A stretch of 64,000 nt of DNA from Myxococcota bacterium. Lineage in GTDB: Bacteria > Myxococcota_A > Polyangia > Nannocystales > Nannocystaceae. The stretch covers positions 64,001 through 128,000 of the forward strand of contig JBCCHT010000008.1 of assembly GCA_039028615.1 (NCBI GenBank), in the 5' to 3' direction. The translations under genes were made by a program, and so were the position numbers. Shown here in pieces: positions 1 through 9,566 of the stretch. The notes beneath the pieces are model-generated. The model saw nothing but the letters and a program-made list of their open reading frames with translations, ran no database searches and was not told the origin of the DNA. Position 1 is the first letter of the stretch. Each line of letters begins with the position of its first letter.

Positions 1-486
1 GCCCAGCGCTTCCGCGAGGACCTGTACTTCCGGGTGGCCCAGGCCATCGTCGAGCTGCCGCCCTTGCGCGAGCGGGGCGACGACGTCGAGCTGCTCGCCG
101 CCCATTTCGTGGCGGAGCAAGCCAGCCTCCAGGGCTCCCGTCCCCTCGATCTCGCCGAGGATGCCCGTCATGCCCTCCGCGAGTATCGTTGGCCCGGCAA
201 CGTCCGCGAGCTCCGCAACGTGGTGCAGCGCGCGGTGCATCTCGCTCGGGGCCCGCGGATTCGGGCGGCCGACCTCGCCCTCAGCGACCACGGCGATCTC
301 ATGGGTCTCGAGGAGCTGCTCGCCCTGCCCTATCGCGACGCCCATACCCAGCTCGACCGCTACTACCTGCGCCGCATCATGACCGAGACCCGCGGCAACA
401 TCACGCGCGCGGCCCAGCGCTTGGGCACCAGCCGACGTTCGCTTCGCGAGCGACTCAAACGCCTCAACCTGTACTCGGCCGAGTAG
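1..486 (+). CDS. sigma-54-dependent transcriptional activator (NtrC-like), C-terminal part, truncated by window edge
   Basis: FREDLYFR, LPPLRER and WPGNVRELRN AAA+ motifs; C-terminal Fis-type HTH (GNITRAAQRLGTSRRSL). Confidence 0.92.
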   Translation, partial: AQRFREDLYFRVAQAIVELPPLRERGDDVELLAAHFVAEQASLQGSRPLDLAEDARHALREYRWPGNVRELRNVVQRAVHLARGPRIRAADLALSDHGDLMGLEELLALPYRDAHTQLDRYYLRRIMTETRGNITRAAQRLGTSRRSLRERLKRLNLYSAE

Positions 487-501
487 CGGTCGCCGGTCCG
501 C

Positions 502-1035
502 TCAAAACCGCAGCGACACCGAGACGCCGCCCGCCGGACGTCGCACCGAGGCCCACGGTCGCACCGAAAACGCGACGTTGTTGGCCTTCCACTTGCGATA
601 GTCGCGATTGATTCGAATCCCCCGCGCGAGCAAGAAGCCCGACGTCCCCGCCAGCAGGGCGGCGAATCCAAACGAGAGGCCCGCTGCGATCGCCCCGTTG
701 GTCTCGGGCGAGAGCACCGTGCACTCGGGACCGGAGATGGTGCCGTTCTGACAGTCGATGGCGCGTTGCCTCGAGGTCGTGATCTCCCAGATGCCGCGCC
801 CGACGAGCAGACCCGACGTCGCCAGTACCACCGAACCCAAGCTCAGCTCGAGCACGCCGCGGCGCTCGCCGCCTTCGGAGCGATCGATGTCGGCGCGTCG
901 TGCTTGCCGTCGCTCCTTGCCCTTCTTCTTCTGGGGCACAATCTGCGTCGGTTTCGCGGCGTGGGCCGTGCGCACGGGGGCGGCGATCGCCACCATCGTT
1001 CCCCCGACGACGGAGGCACGGACGCCGATCGCCAT
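502..1035 (-). CDS. hypothetical exported/membrane protein
   Basis: Signal-like N-terminus (..TAHAA), basic patch, two Gly-rich hydrophobic segments, C-terminal VSVSLRF; start placed at ATG 1035. Confidence 0.65.
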   Translation of the reverse strand: MAIGVRASVVGGTMVAIAAPVRTAHAAKPTQIVPQKKKGKERRQARRADIDRSEGGERRGVLELSLGSVVLATSGLLVGRGIWEITTSRQRAIDCQNGTISGPECTVLSPETNGAIAAGLSFGFAALLAGTSGFLLARGIRINRDYRKWKANNVAFSVRPWASVRRPAGGVSVSLRF

Positions 1036-1199
1036 GCGACGAGACCAACTCACCAACCCACGGTACCGCACCTCGACCGGCAAAGCGGCTTGCCAGTGGC
1101 CACACGGACCGAAGCCACCGCCGCACTCTGCAACGGTACGAACGGTGAGATCCCTTGCCTCCACTCAAGGGTTCCGGGCACTTCGGCCGACCGGCCACG

Positions 1200-1215
1200 T
1201 GGCACCCGCGTTGCA
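1200..1215 (+). promoter_or_regulatory. sigma-54 (-24/-12) promoter
   Basis: TGGCAC-CCGCG-TTGCA matches the TGGCAC-N5-TTGC consensus, 15 nt before ATG 1231. Confidence 0.7.
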
Positions 1216-1230
1216 GTACTTCAGGGCGCA

Positions 1231-1620
1231 ATGCTCATGGTCGGCGGATTGGTCTTGGGAGCGCTCATCTCCACCTCCAGCGCAACGGGCGCTCCTTCGG
1301 GAGAGCCGCTCGCCGATCCCTTCGTCGCGGATGCCACGGAGGTGGCCGCGCGCGTCGTTCAGGAGCCGCAGGACCTGCGGAACCCCTTCGAGCGCGACCG
1401 GGACCAGCTGCCCGCCAACAAGCGCAAGCGCCTCGTCTCCAATGCCGCCTCCGCCGGTCTGCGCGATCCGTTCCGCGCCAAGCGCCAAAACTCGCGCCTC
1501 ACGCCGAAGCCCGAGGATCTCCGCAGCCCCTTCGATGGGACGCGATCGCAGCGGTTGGTGCCCGCCCCGGCCACCAAACAGAGTTCCGACCCCAATTTGC
1601 GCGATCCCTTCGCGATCTGA
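1231..1620 (+). CDS. small secreted protein with five L-x-[DNS]-P-F repeats
   Basis: Hydrophobic N-terminus, then LADPF, LRNPF, LRDPF, LRSPF, LRDPF; upstream sigma-54 site. Confidence 0.7.
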   Translation: MLMVGGLVLGALISTSSATGAPSGEPLADPFVADATEVAARVVQEPQDLRNPFERDRDQLPANKRKRLVSNAASAGLRDPFRAKRQNSRLTPKPEDLRSPFDGTRSQRLVPAPATKQSSDPNLRDPFAI

Positions 1621-1695
1621 GCGCATCGCACCGCTGGATCGTCGCTAAACGCAACGCTCGCCGGGTCTTCTCGCCGAGCGTTGCTGGATCCCACA

Positions 1696-1748
1696 ACCCA
1701 CACAATCTCTCGACATTGAACCCCTTCTTTCTCCTATATTGTATGGGT
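1696..1748. promoter_or_regulatory. inverted repeat, candidate MocR autoregulatory operator
   Basis: ACCCACACAAT (1696-1706) and ATTGTATGGGT (1738-1748) are 10/11 complementary and flank an AT-rich stretch; the right arm overlaps the GTG start. Confidence 0.5.
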
Positions 1749-3126
1749 GAAAGATTGGGATGCCCGAGTCGCGTCAGGGGACAAACCCCGCTATGTCGCG
1801 ATCGCCGATGCATTGAGTGCCGACATTGCGGACGGCCGGCTCGCCGCCGGGCAGCAGCTGCCCACCCATCGCGACCTGGCTGAGACGCTGGGGGTCACCG
1901 TGGGCACGGTCAGTCGCGCGTATCGCGAGGCGGAGCATCGAGGTCTGGTGGTCGGCGAGGTCGGCCGCGGCACCTTCGTTCGGCGCCCCAGCTCCGGCGC
2001 CGACCCGGGCTCCGATGCTCGCGGCGGGCTCATCGATCTGGGGGTCAACTCGATGCGGATCCCCGATGGTTCGATGCTCGTGCCGCAAGCGCTGACCGAG
2101 CTGGCGCGCGACCCCGCCGTCGTTCGATTGCTCGAGGACTATCAACCTCAAGCGGGCCTGCCCGAGCATCGCGAAGCCGGGTCCAGCCTCATCGCCGAGG
2201 CAGGCTGGAAGGTGCACCCCGATCGCGTGCTCGTGTGTGCGGGCGCTCAGCATGCGACCACCGTGGCGCTGATGGGGCTGTGCCAGCCCGGGGACACCCT
2301 CCTGACCGGGGCGCTCACCCACCCCACCTTGATGGCGCTGGCCCGAACGCTGCGCTTGAACCTGGTGGGCGTGGCGCTGGACGAGCAGGGCATCGAGCCG
2401 AGCGCGTTCGAAGACGCCTGCATCGATCACCGACCGCAGGCGCTGTACTGCATGCCGACCCTGCACAACCCCACCACGCGCACCATGAGCGCGGAGCGGC
2501 GCGCCACGATCGCCCAGATCGCGCTGCGCTACGACGTGGCAGTGCTCGAGAGCGACGTGCACGGGTTCATGGCCGAGGACTCGCCCCCGCCGCTGTCGTC
2601 GTGGATGGACGCGGAGTACGGCTACTACCTCACCAGCTGCTCCAAGCGCATCGCCCCCGGCCTGCGGGTGGGCTACCTCGTCGTGCCCCGCGGTGAGCAG
2701 GGTCGGTTCCTCGACGCCCTGTGGAGCACCACCGGGATGGCACCGCCGCTCATGGCCGAGATCGCGAGCCGATGGATCCGCGACGGCACGGCGGCTTCGC
2801 TGGCCGAGGCCCGGCGGGCCGAGAGCGCCACCCGTCAGGGCATCGCCCGGGCCGTGCTGCACGACCACCCCTTCGAGTGCCAATCCACCGCCGGTCATGC
2901 CTGGCTGCCCTTGCCCCCCGCGTGGCGGGACACGGCGAGCTTCGTGGGTCGGGCCATGGCGGCCGGAGTCGCGGTCACCCCTCGGGATGCCTTCGCCGCA
3001 ACGAAGGGGGGAGCGCCCGCGGTCCGGCTCTCGCTCGGGGCCCCGCCCTCGCGCGAGATCGTGCGCCGCGGTCTCGAGATCGTGGCCGAGCTGCTCCACG
3101 GCGTGCATCCGCTCCGCGTGGTGTAG
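1747..3126 (+). CDS. MocR/GabR-family regulator (GntR HTH + PLP aminotransferase-like domain)
   Basis: LPTHRDLAETLGVTVGTVSRAY, GEVGRGTFV, PTLHNPT, SCSKRIAPGLRVGY. Confidence 0.95.
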   Translation: MKDWDARVASGDKPRYVAIADALSADIADGRLAAGQQLPTHRDLAETLGVTVGTVSRAYREAEHRGLVVGEVGRGTFVRRPSSGADPGSDARGGLIDLGVNSMRIPDGSMLVPQALTELARDPAVVRLLEDYQPQAGLPEHREAGSSLIAEAGWKVHPDRVLVCAGAQHATTVALMGLCQPGDTLLTGALTHPTLMALARTLRLNLVGVALDEQGIEPSAFEDACIDHRPQALYCMPTLHNPTTRTMSAERRATIAQIALRYDVAVLESDVHGFMAEDSPPPLSSWMDAEYGYYLTSCSKRIAPGLRVGYLVVPRGEQGRFLDALWSTTGMAPPLMAEIASRWIRDGTAASLAEARRAESATRQGIARAVLHDHPFECQSTAGHAWLPLPPAWRDTASFVGRAMAAGVAVTPRDAFAATKGGAPAVRLSLGAPPSREIVRRGLEIVAELLHGVHPLRVV

Positions 3127-3150
3127 GCCAGTGCTAAGCTTGGAACGCCC

Positions 3151-3777
3151 ATGGACGACTGGGAGTTGCTCGAAGCCTGGCGCCGCGGCGACCAAAAGTC
3201 CGGTCAGAAGCTGCTGAAGCGCTACCTGGGCGTGCTCACCCGGTTCTTCCGCAACAAAGTCAAAAACCACGAGGACGCGGCCGACCTCGTCTCGGAGACG
3301 ATGCTCGCGTGCACGCGGGCGCGACAGAACGTGCGGGATGCGGGCGCGTTCCGATCGTTCCTGTTCTCGTGCGCCATGAATACGCTGCGGCTGTACTACC
3401 GCAAGAAGGTCAAGCGGAACCGCGAGCTCGACGACTTCGAGGACATCTGCGTGGGTGAGTCCGAGGTCCCGCTGTCTCCCACCTCGATGATCGCGATTCG
3501 GCGTGAGGGTCAGCTGCTCGTTCGGGCGCTTCGCCGACTCCCGCTCGACCAACAGATCGCGCTCGAGCTGACCCACATCGAGGGCCTCAATGGACCGGAG
3601 ATCGCCGAGCTGCTCGGCGTGCCGCAGCAGACCATCTACGCCCGCCTGCGGCGAGGGGCCGAGAAGCTGCGCAAGCTGGTGGCCGAGCTCGCCGAGTCGC
3701 CCGACATCGCCGAGAGCACCATGACCGGGCTGCAAACCTGGGCCGCGCAGGTTCGCAACGAGCTGTCCTCCGACTGA
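3151..3777 (+). CDS. ECF RNA polymerase sigma factor
   Basis: Region 2 (DAADLVSETML, FRSFLF) and region 4 (EIAELLGVPQQTIYARLRRG). Confidence 0.92.
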   Translation: MDDWELLEAWRRGDQKSGQKLLKRYLGVLTRFFRNKVKNHEDAADLVSETMLACTRARQNVRDAGAFRSFLFSCAMNTLRLYYRKKVKRNRELDDFEDICVGESEVPLSPTSMIAIRREGQLLVRALRRLPLDQQIALELTHIEGLNGPEIAELLGVPQQTIYARLRRGAEKLRKLVAELAESPDIAESTMTGLQTWAAQVRNELSSD

Positions 3778-3901
3778 CATCCTGGCCGACCGTCACGGGC
3801 GACTTCGATCGAGCGCGAACGATGCGCGATCGCGTGGTTCCGAAACGACACGGGTTGCGCGGCCGATTTCGAGGCTCGTGAGGCCATGGTACCCATGCTC
3901 G

Positions 3902-6091
3902 ATGGCACGGCAATGGCTCGCCGCTCTCGGCATGGCGATGGTGCTGACGCTCCCGGGCGTCGGCTGCAAGAAAGACGAACCCGCCTCGACCGAGGACGAC
4001 AGTGGGTCCTCTTCGAGTTCTTCGAAGGGCAAGAAGAAGAAAAAGGCCTCCGCTCGGCTGGACGCGGAGTCCCTCGACGAGATCGGCGAGCAGCCCGGCT
4101 TCATCGAGGGCGCCCCCGTCTACGCCGCCGTCTCGGCCCGCCATGCCCAGCAGTTCATCCAGCAGCTGCCGCTGCCCGGGGAAGCCATGCGGGAGATGTC
4201 CGAGGCTCGCCGCGAGATCGGCTTCAACCCGCTGACCGACGACATGCTCCAGCAGTTCGCGATCCCCGAAGACGCGGTGATCAGCATGAGCCTGGGTCGC
4301 CCCGCGGGGGCCGAGCACCGCGACGCGGTACGAACCGGCGTCCTCCGAGACGCTCGCTTCCTCGAGCGCGTGGCCGAGGTCATGGCGGCCGATTCCGGGG
4401 TCGCCGTGGAGCGAGCCGAGCCCGAAGTCATCAAGGAAATCGTCGTCCCGGAACTCGAGGAGGAGCCCCTTCCGATGCCCGAGCCCCCGCCTCCGGGCGG
4501 CGTGCTCGGTGGGGTTCCGGGTGGTGTGCCCGGCGGCGTTCCGGGTGGTGTGCCCGGCGGCGTCGTGGGAGGCGTCGCGTATGACCCGACGCCGCCACCC
4601 ATGAGCGCGGGCGAGCGCCGCGAGGTCGAAGAGCTGCTCGGCCACGCCGACGCCATGGCACTGCAGTTCCGCTTTCATATCCCCAGCGACGAGCCCGAGA
4701 AGCTCTTCGGCTTCATGCGTCGCGTCATCCCCAGCGGCCCGAAGCGTCGCGGCGAGGAGGCCTGCCGCGACCTCGAGGTCGAGCTGTGCACGCTGGGCGG
4801 CCGCGAGCTGATGGTGATGCACCGCGACGGCAAGGCCGCCGTCTTCGACCTGTTCGTGTTCGGCGGCCGCTACGACGCGCCCCCCAAGCCCAAGGCCGAG
4901 ACCGCCAAAGCGGGGATGAAGGCCGGCCCCGCGAAGCTCGAGGCCCTCGAAGGCATGGCCGGGCACGGCAGCCTCTACATCGACGGCGAGCGCGTGGTGG
5001 AGATGTTCGAGCACCAGCGGATCGCGGCGACCATCCGCGGCCTCGACGGCGCCTACGACGGAGCGCAGACCGACATCAAGCGGAGGCTCGACGCCGCCAA
5101 GGCCCTCCGCCGCATGCTCGAGGCCCCGCGCCTGTTCGACGGCATGCTCGCCAACGCCACCTACGAGCGCGACCGCATGCAGCTGCAGATGACCTGGACG
5201 CTGCGCGAGGACCAACAGGAGCTGGCCGAGCGCACCCTGGCCCCGCCCGCTCTGGTGGTCCCCGTGCCGACCCTCGACGCACTATGCGAGGGCTCGCTCG
5301 CCTGCATTCGCAGCCGCGGCATCCCGAACCCGCAGGAGATGGGCAGCGCGCTGGCCCTGGGGATCTATGCCGACCCCGGGGCGCTGGAAGACGCCATCGA
5401 CGACGCGGACGAGGGCGCCGCGCTGCTGCTGCTCGCCTCGACCTGGCCCAACGCCTTGGGCACCGTGGCCTGGCAGCTTCCGCAGCAAGAAGCGCGCGGT
5501 CCCGAGGGCGCGATCATACGAGGAGTCCTCGGCGCGGTCGCCCGCATCCAGGGCATGGGCGGCAGCCTGAAGAACCTCGGCGTCGGCCGCCGCAGCGTGC
5601 AGGCCGAGTTCGCCGCCTATGCGCGCGTGCAGGCCAGCGACCTCAGCCTGGTGAGCACCCTGCTGTCCATGGCCGACATGCGCATGAGCTCCACCTCCGT
5701 GGACGGGGTCGACGGCGAAGTCCTCATGCTGAAGGCACCCGACGACGAGGTCCCCATGGTGCTGATGACCCGCGAAGATCCAGAGCCGACCAAGACCGAC
5801 GACGGCGACGTGAAGCACGGCTGGCTGACCGCGGTCGACGGCTCCAAGACCTTCGCGTGGCTGCTTCAGCTGCCCACCGAGGCGTGCGAGGAGCCCTTGT
5901 TCCACGGCGAGATTCCCAACCTCTGGCGCTTGGTCTCGTCGTTCCCCGAGGCCGTCGACGAGCTCGGCTTCGCCCGCACCTGGTCCAACGATCGGCACTT
6001 CAAACTCTCTTTGAATATCGATGACGGGCAACCTCACCTCGTGATGGAAGTCGCCGTCGCGGAGCCCAGCTCCAAGAGCAAGTCGCCGTGA
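3902..6091 (+). CDS. large lipoprotein of unknown function with internal (GGVP)n tract
   Basis: Signal with PGVGC lipobox-like end; long ORF with GC-rich third positions. Confidence 0.8.
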   Translation: MARQWLAALGMAMVLTLPGVGCKKDEPASTEDDSGSSSSSSKGKKKKKASARLDAESLDEIGEQPGFIEGAPVYAAVSARHAQQFIQQLPLPGEAMREMSEARREIGFNPLTDDMLQQFAIPEDAVISMSLGRPAGAEHRDAVRTGVLRDARFLERVAEVMAADSGVAVERAEPEVIKEIVVPELEEEPLPMPEPPPPGGVLGGVPGGVPGGVPGGVPGGVVGGVAYDPTPPPMSAGERREVEELLGHADAMALQFRFHIPSDEPEKLFGFMRRVIPSGPKRRGEEACRDLEVELCTLGGRELMVMHRDGKAAVFDLFVFGGRYDAPPKPKAETAKAGMKAGPAKLEALEGMAGHGSLYIDGERVVEMFEHQRIAATIRGLDGAYDGAQTDIKRRLDAAKALRRMLEAPRLFDGMLANATYERDRMQLQMTWTLREDQQELAERTLAPPALVVPVPTLDALCEGSLACIRSRGIPNPQEMGSALALGIYADPGALEDAIDDADEGAALLLLASTWPNALGTVAWQLPQQEARGPEGAIIRGVLGAVARIQGMGGSLKNLGVGRRSVQAEFAAYARVQASDLSLVSTLLSMADMRMSSTSVDGVDGEVLMLKAPDDEVPMVLMTREDPEPTKTDDGDVKHGWLTAVDGSKTFAWLLQLPTEACEEPLFHGEIPNLWRLVSSFPEAVDELGFARTWSNDRHFKLSLNIDDGQPHLVMEVAVAEPSSKSKSP
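4496..4576 (+). repeat. GGV[LPV] tetrapeptide tandem repeat, about 7 units
   Basis: GGVLGGVPGGVPGGVPGGVPGGVVGGV; perfect 24-nt duplication gttccgggtggtgtgcccggcggc. Confidence 0.9.
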
Positions 6092-6304
6092 GGCACCCAC
6101 GCTTGCCCACCTGTGGGCTCCAGGTGTGAGTCACTACGCCACGACGCGCGCGTCAGCGTGGCTTGGCGATCCAGGACATCGGCGCCCTACCAGGCGGGCA
6201 CTGCAGTCGCCCGAGATTGCGCCCATGCGGCCGGACCCCTTGAAATCACGGGATTGTTCTCGTGGGGTCCTGCTCTTGCACTTCTAGCGGGCACCCAGCC
6301 CGCC

Positions 6305-7918
6305 ATGCTTTCGCCCTTCTCCCGGTCTGTTCGCTCGTCCTTGGTCACCGCCCTGCTCGCCCTGAGCGTGGCCGCGTGTTCCTCCTCGGACGGGGGCAGC
6401 TTCCTCGACCCGGACTACGGCGACACGCTCCCCTCCGAGCCCGGGGGCACGGGCGTCGGCGAGACCGGGGGTGACGTGCCTCCGCCCGGTGACGAGCCGG
6501 ACGACGACGGCACGGGCGGCGCCGACGACGACGGCGGCCTGCCGCCCGAGCCCGACGACGACGGGATCGACAACGGCTCCGAGGAGCCCGAAGACCTATG
6601 CGACGACGCGAGCGACGTGACGCTCTACCTGTCGCCGGACGACTCCAACTCGATGTCCTCGCCCGTGCAGGTCCGCGAAGCGGTGCTGGGCGAGTGGGGC
6701 AGCGTCGAGGCGGTGGCCATTCGCACCTGGGAGTTCTTCAACTACTACCGCTTCGACTATCCCGCGGCCGAGCCCGGGCAGGTCGTGGTCTCGCCCTCGC
6801 TGCACCAGCCCGACGCGGACGAGGACGGCGAGTACCTGCTGCAGATCGGTGTGAGCAGCGAGCTGCTCGACGAGCAGACGCGTGCCCCCATGGCGATCAC
6901 CCTGGTGCTCGACACCTCGGGCTCGATGGAGGGTCGCTCGATGGACATGCTCAAGGAGAGCAGCATGGCCATCGCCGCCAGCCTCCGCGAGGGCGACACC
7001 ATCTCCATCGTCACCTGGGCCACCGACAACCAGGTCCGACTCGAGCGCCACGAGGTCACCGGTCCCGACGACCCGACCCTGCTCGCCGAGATCGAGGCGC
7101 TCGAGCCCGGCGGCAGCACGGACCTGCACGGGGGCCTCGTCGCCGGCTACGAGCTCGCCCAGTCCTCCTACGCCGCCGGCCTCGTCAACCGCATCGTGCT
7201 CGTGAGCGACGGTGGGGCCAACGCGGGCCTCACCGACGTCGACCTCATCGCCCAGTACGCGGGCAGCCAGGACGAGGACGGCATCTACATGGTGGGCGTG
7301 GGCGTGGGCGACCCGCTCAGCTACCACGACGACCTCATGGACGTGGTCACCGACGTGGGCAAGGGGGCCTCCGTGTTCATCGCCGACCCCGACGAGGCCT
7401 GGTCGATCTTCCACGACGACTTCATCAGCACCATGGCCGTGGCCGCTCGCGACGTGCAGGTGCGACTCGACATGCCGCCCGGCTTCGAGATCGTCAGCAC
7501 CAGCGCCGAGGAAGTGAGCACCGACGTCAGCGAGGTCGAGCCGCAGCACCTGGCGCCCAACGACACCATGGTCTTCCACCAGCGCATCCGCACCTGTGCG
7601 CCCGAGCTGCTCGACGAAGACGCGAGCATCACGGTGACGGTGCGCTATCGCGACGCGGTCACCTTCGAGACCCGCGAGGTCGTGCACGAGCAGCTCATCA
7701 GCGAGCTGCTCCAGCAGAGCCCCGCCCAGCTGCTCAAGGGCGCCGCGATCTTCAGCTACGCCGAGAGCCTCAAGGCCTACAAGAAGGCCGACCTCGAGGG
7801 TCGAGCGTCGACTACCGAAGGGGCATTCCGGGCGCTCGAGCGGGCCGAGGCGGTGCTCGAAGGCGATGCCGACCTGGCGGAGATTCGCGCCGTGCTCGAG
7901 GCCCTCGCCGACGTCTGA
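6305..7918 (+). CDS. VWA-domain lipoprotein (YfbK-like)
   Basis: Lipobox VAAC, acidic linker, MIDAS DTSGS, GGSTD, LVSDG. Confidence 0.9.
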   Translation: MLSPFSRSVRSSLVTALLALSVAACSSSDGGSFLDPDYGDTLPSEPGGTGVGETGGDVPPPGDEPDDDGTGGADDDGGLPPEPDDDGIDNGSEEPEDLCDDASDVTLYLSPDDSNSMSSPVQVREAVLGEWGSVEAVAIRTWEFFNYYRFDYPAAEPGQVVVSPSLHQPDADEDGEYLLQIGVSSELLDEQTRAPMAITLVLDTSGSMEGRSMDMLKESSMAIAASLREGDTISIVTWATDNQVRLERHEVTGPDDPTLLAEIEALEPGGSTDLHGGLVAGYELAQSSYAAGLVNRIVLVSDGGANAGLTDVDLIAQYAGSQDEDGIYMVGVGVGDPLSYHDDLMDVVTDVGKGASVFIADPDEAWSIFHDDFISTMAVAARDVQVRLDMPPGFEIVSTSAEEVSTDVSEVEPQHLAPNDTMVFHQRIRTCAPELLDEDASITVTVRYRDAVTFETREVVHEQLISELLQQSPAQLLKGAAIFSYAESLKAYKKADLEGRASTTEGAFRALERAEAVLEGDADLAEIRAVLEALADV

Positions 7919-8796
7919 GCGAGTCCGAGCCCGGCCAGCAGCGAGCGCCCCGTGCCGAGCAGCAGCTCGATGAGCGTGGGCGGCTCGACGCGACCGGGGC
8001 GGTGAATCCCCAGCTGCTTGCCCAGCCGCAGCGCCACGATCCGCCGCAGCGCCACCAGGACGTCGCGCTTGTCGAGGGGGACGACCATCGGCAAGCGGTC
8101 TCCGCCTTCATAGTCGCCGTGCATCGTGACGTAGCTGGCGAGCAAGGGGTTGTCGCCCCGGATGGCATCGGCGGTCACCCGAGGCGGAGGACCCTCGAGC
8201 AGGCCGCGTCGACGGAAGCCCTCGAGCTTGGCGGGAAAGAGCTTCTCCACCAGCTGGGCGCGCAGAAGCTCGAACCCCGGGGCCTGTCGACCGGGATAGG
8301 GATGCACGCGCGGCATGTGCCGGGCCGCGATGAACGACGCCAAGGGGCTGACGTTGGTGGCCAGCAGATACACGTGGCGACGCGAGCCGATGCGGGGCGC
8401 ATGAAAGTCACGCATCGCTCGCAGCACGAAGGGGTGCACCCGCACGACATCGTCATACTCGGGCAGGACCCCGCCTCCGCCGACGCACGCATAGATCGGC
8501 GCTTCGCGGCCCCGGGCCGGATCATAGACCCGCAGCGGGAGCACGGTGAGGTTGGCCCGCCCCACCAGCGCCCCGTGATGCCGATAGAACACCGAGCGCA
8601 TGAAGCAGGCTCGGCTTCGGTCCATATGCGGACCGCCGAGCGGTCGACCGAAGAGCCTCTCGTTGATCTCGTCGGTCTGATCCCGATGGCGTAGGAACGA
8701 GGCGTCGTCGAGGGCGAGCACGTCGGTGTACTCGCTCTCGATGGTGATCTCGACGGTGCGATGAGGTCGGCGGGGTGGGATGATGCTGTGTTTCAT
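7777..8796 (-). CDS. hypothetical protein, possible GNAT-like fold
   Basis: ATG 8796 overlaps the racemase TGA (ATGA); GALVGRA..ACVGGGGVLPEY resembles a GNAT motif; 3' end runs 142 nt into the convergent VWA gene. Confidence 0.65.
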   Translation of the reverse strand: MKHSIIPPRRPHRTVEITIESEYTDVLALDDASFLRHRDQTDEINERLFGRPLGGPHMDRSRACFMRSVFYRHHGALVGRANLTVLPLRVYDPARGREAPIYACVGGGGVLPEYDDVVRVHPFVLRAMRDFHAPRIGSRRHVYLLATNVSPLASFIAARHMPRVHPYPGRQAPGFELLRAQLVEKLFPAKLEGFRRRGLLEGPPPRVTADAIRGDNPLLASYVTMHGDYEGGDRLPMVVPLDKRDVLVALRRIVALRLGKQLGIHRPGRVEPPTLIELLLGTGRSLLAGLGLAQTSARASSTARISARSASPSSTASARSSARNAPSVVDARPSRSAFL

Positions 8797-9566
8797 GAGG
8801 GCCTCGAGGCGCGATCGAGCGCGGTGCGGGCAATGATGGAGAGGGGGTCGATCCACTCGGGGCCCCAATGAGGAAGCGCGGACGTCAGCATGGACAGCTC
8901 GGTGCAGCCCAAGATGACGACATCGTTGTCGGCCAGCGCCCGGCAGGCCGGAGCCAGCAGCTCGACGACGGCCGACAGCTCGGTGCCCCGCGGCGGCCCC
9001 GACTTGAGCCCCACCCGGTTGCCCGCGCCGTAGATCGCCTCCATCACGCGGCGATGCAGGGGCTCGTCGACGGGGTGATCGAGCAGCGAGCGGACGGTCA
9101 TGGCCGGGTGGGCCCGCCGCGCGCAGCGACGGTGCAGATCGGTGCGCAAGGTCCCGGTGGTCGCCAGCACCCCGACGGTGGCTCGCGGGCCATGGGTCGA
9201 CTCGATGCTCCGCAGCGTGTGCTCGACCATGTCCAACACGGGCAAGGGCGAGTCGAACTCGGGGTCCTCGAGCCACGCGTGGGCCGTATTGCAGGGCACC
9301 ACGGCAAAGTCGGCCCCCGCCCTCGCGAGGCGCCGTAAGCCGTGGCCGAGCGCGGGGCGAGGCGTGGGCCCGCGCCCGAGCAGCGCCGCCGTGCGATCGG
9401 GGATGCTCGGCGTGGAGCAGACCACCCACGACGGGAAGTCGCGATCGGCGCTACAGCCCCGCCTCCGACACTCGTCGAGCAGCCGCCGCTCGAGCTCCAC
9501 GTGGGCCCACGGACCCATGCCACCGAGAATGCCGATCGTTCGATTCCAGTGCGGGTCGACGTTCAT
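8793..9566 (-). CDS. aspartate/glutamate racemase family protein
   Basis: IGILGGMGP, IPDRT, PCNTAH, LATTGT, LGCTEL with both catalytic Cys; AAAGGAG SD and ATGA coupling. Confidence 0.93.
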   Translation of the reverse strand: MNVDPHWNRTIGILGGMGPWAHVELERRLLDECRRRGCSADRDFPSWVVCSTPSIPDRTAALLGRGPTPRPALGHGLRRLARAGADFAVVPCNTAHAWLEDPEFDSPLPVLDMVEHTLRSIESTHGPRATVGVLATTGTLRTDLHRRCARRAHPAMTVRSLLDHPVDEPLHRRVMEAIYGAGNRVGLKSGPPRGTELSAVVELLAPACRALADNDVVILGCTELSMLTSALPHWGPEWIDPLSIIARTALDRASRPS

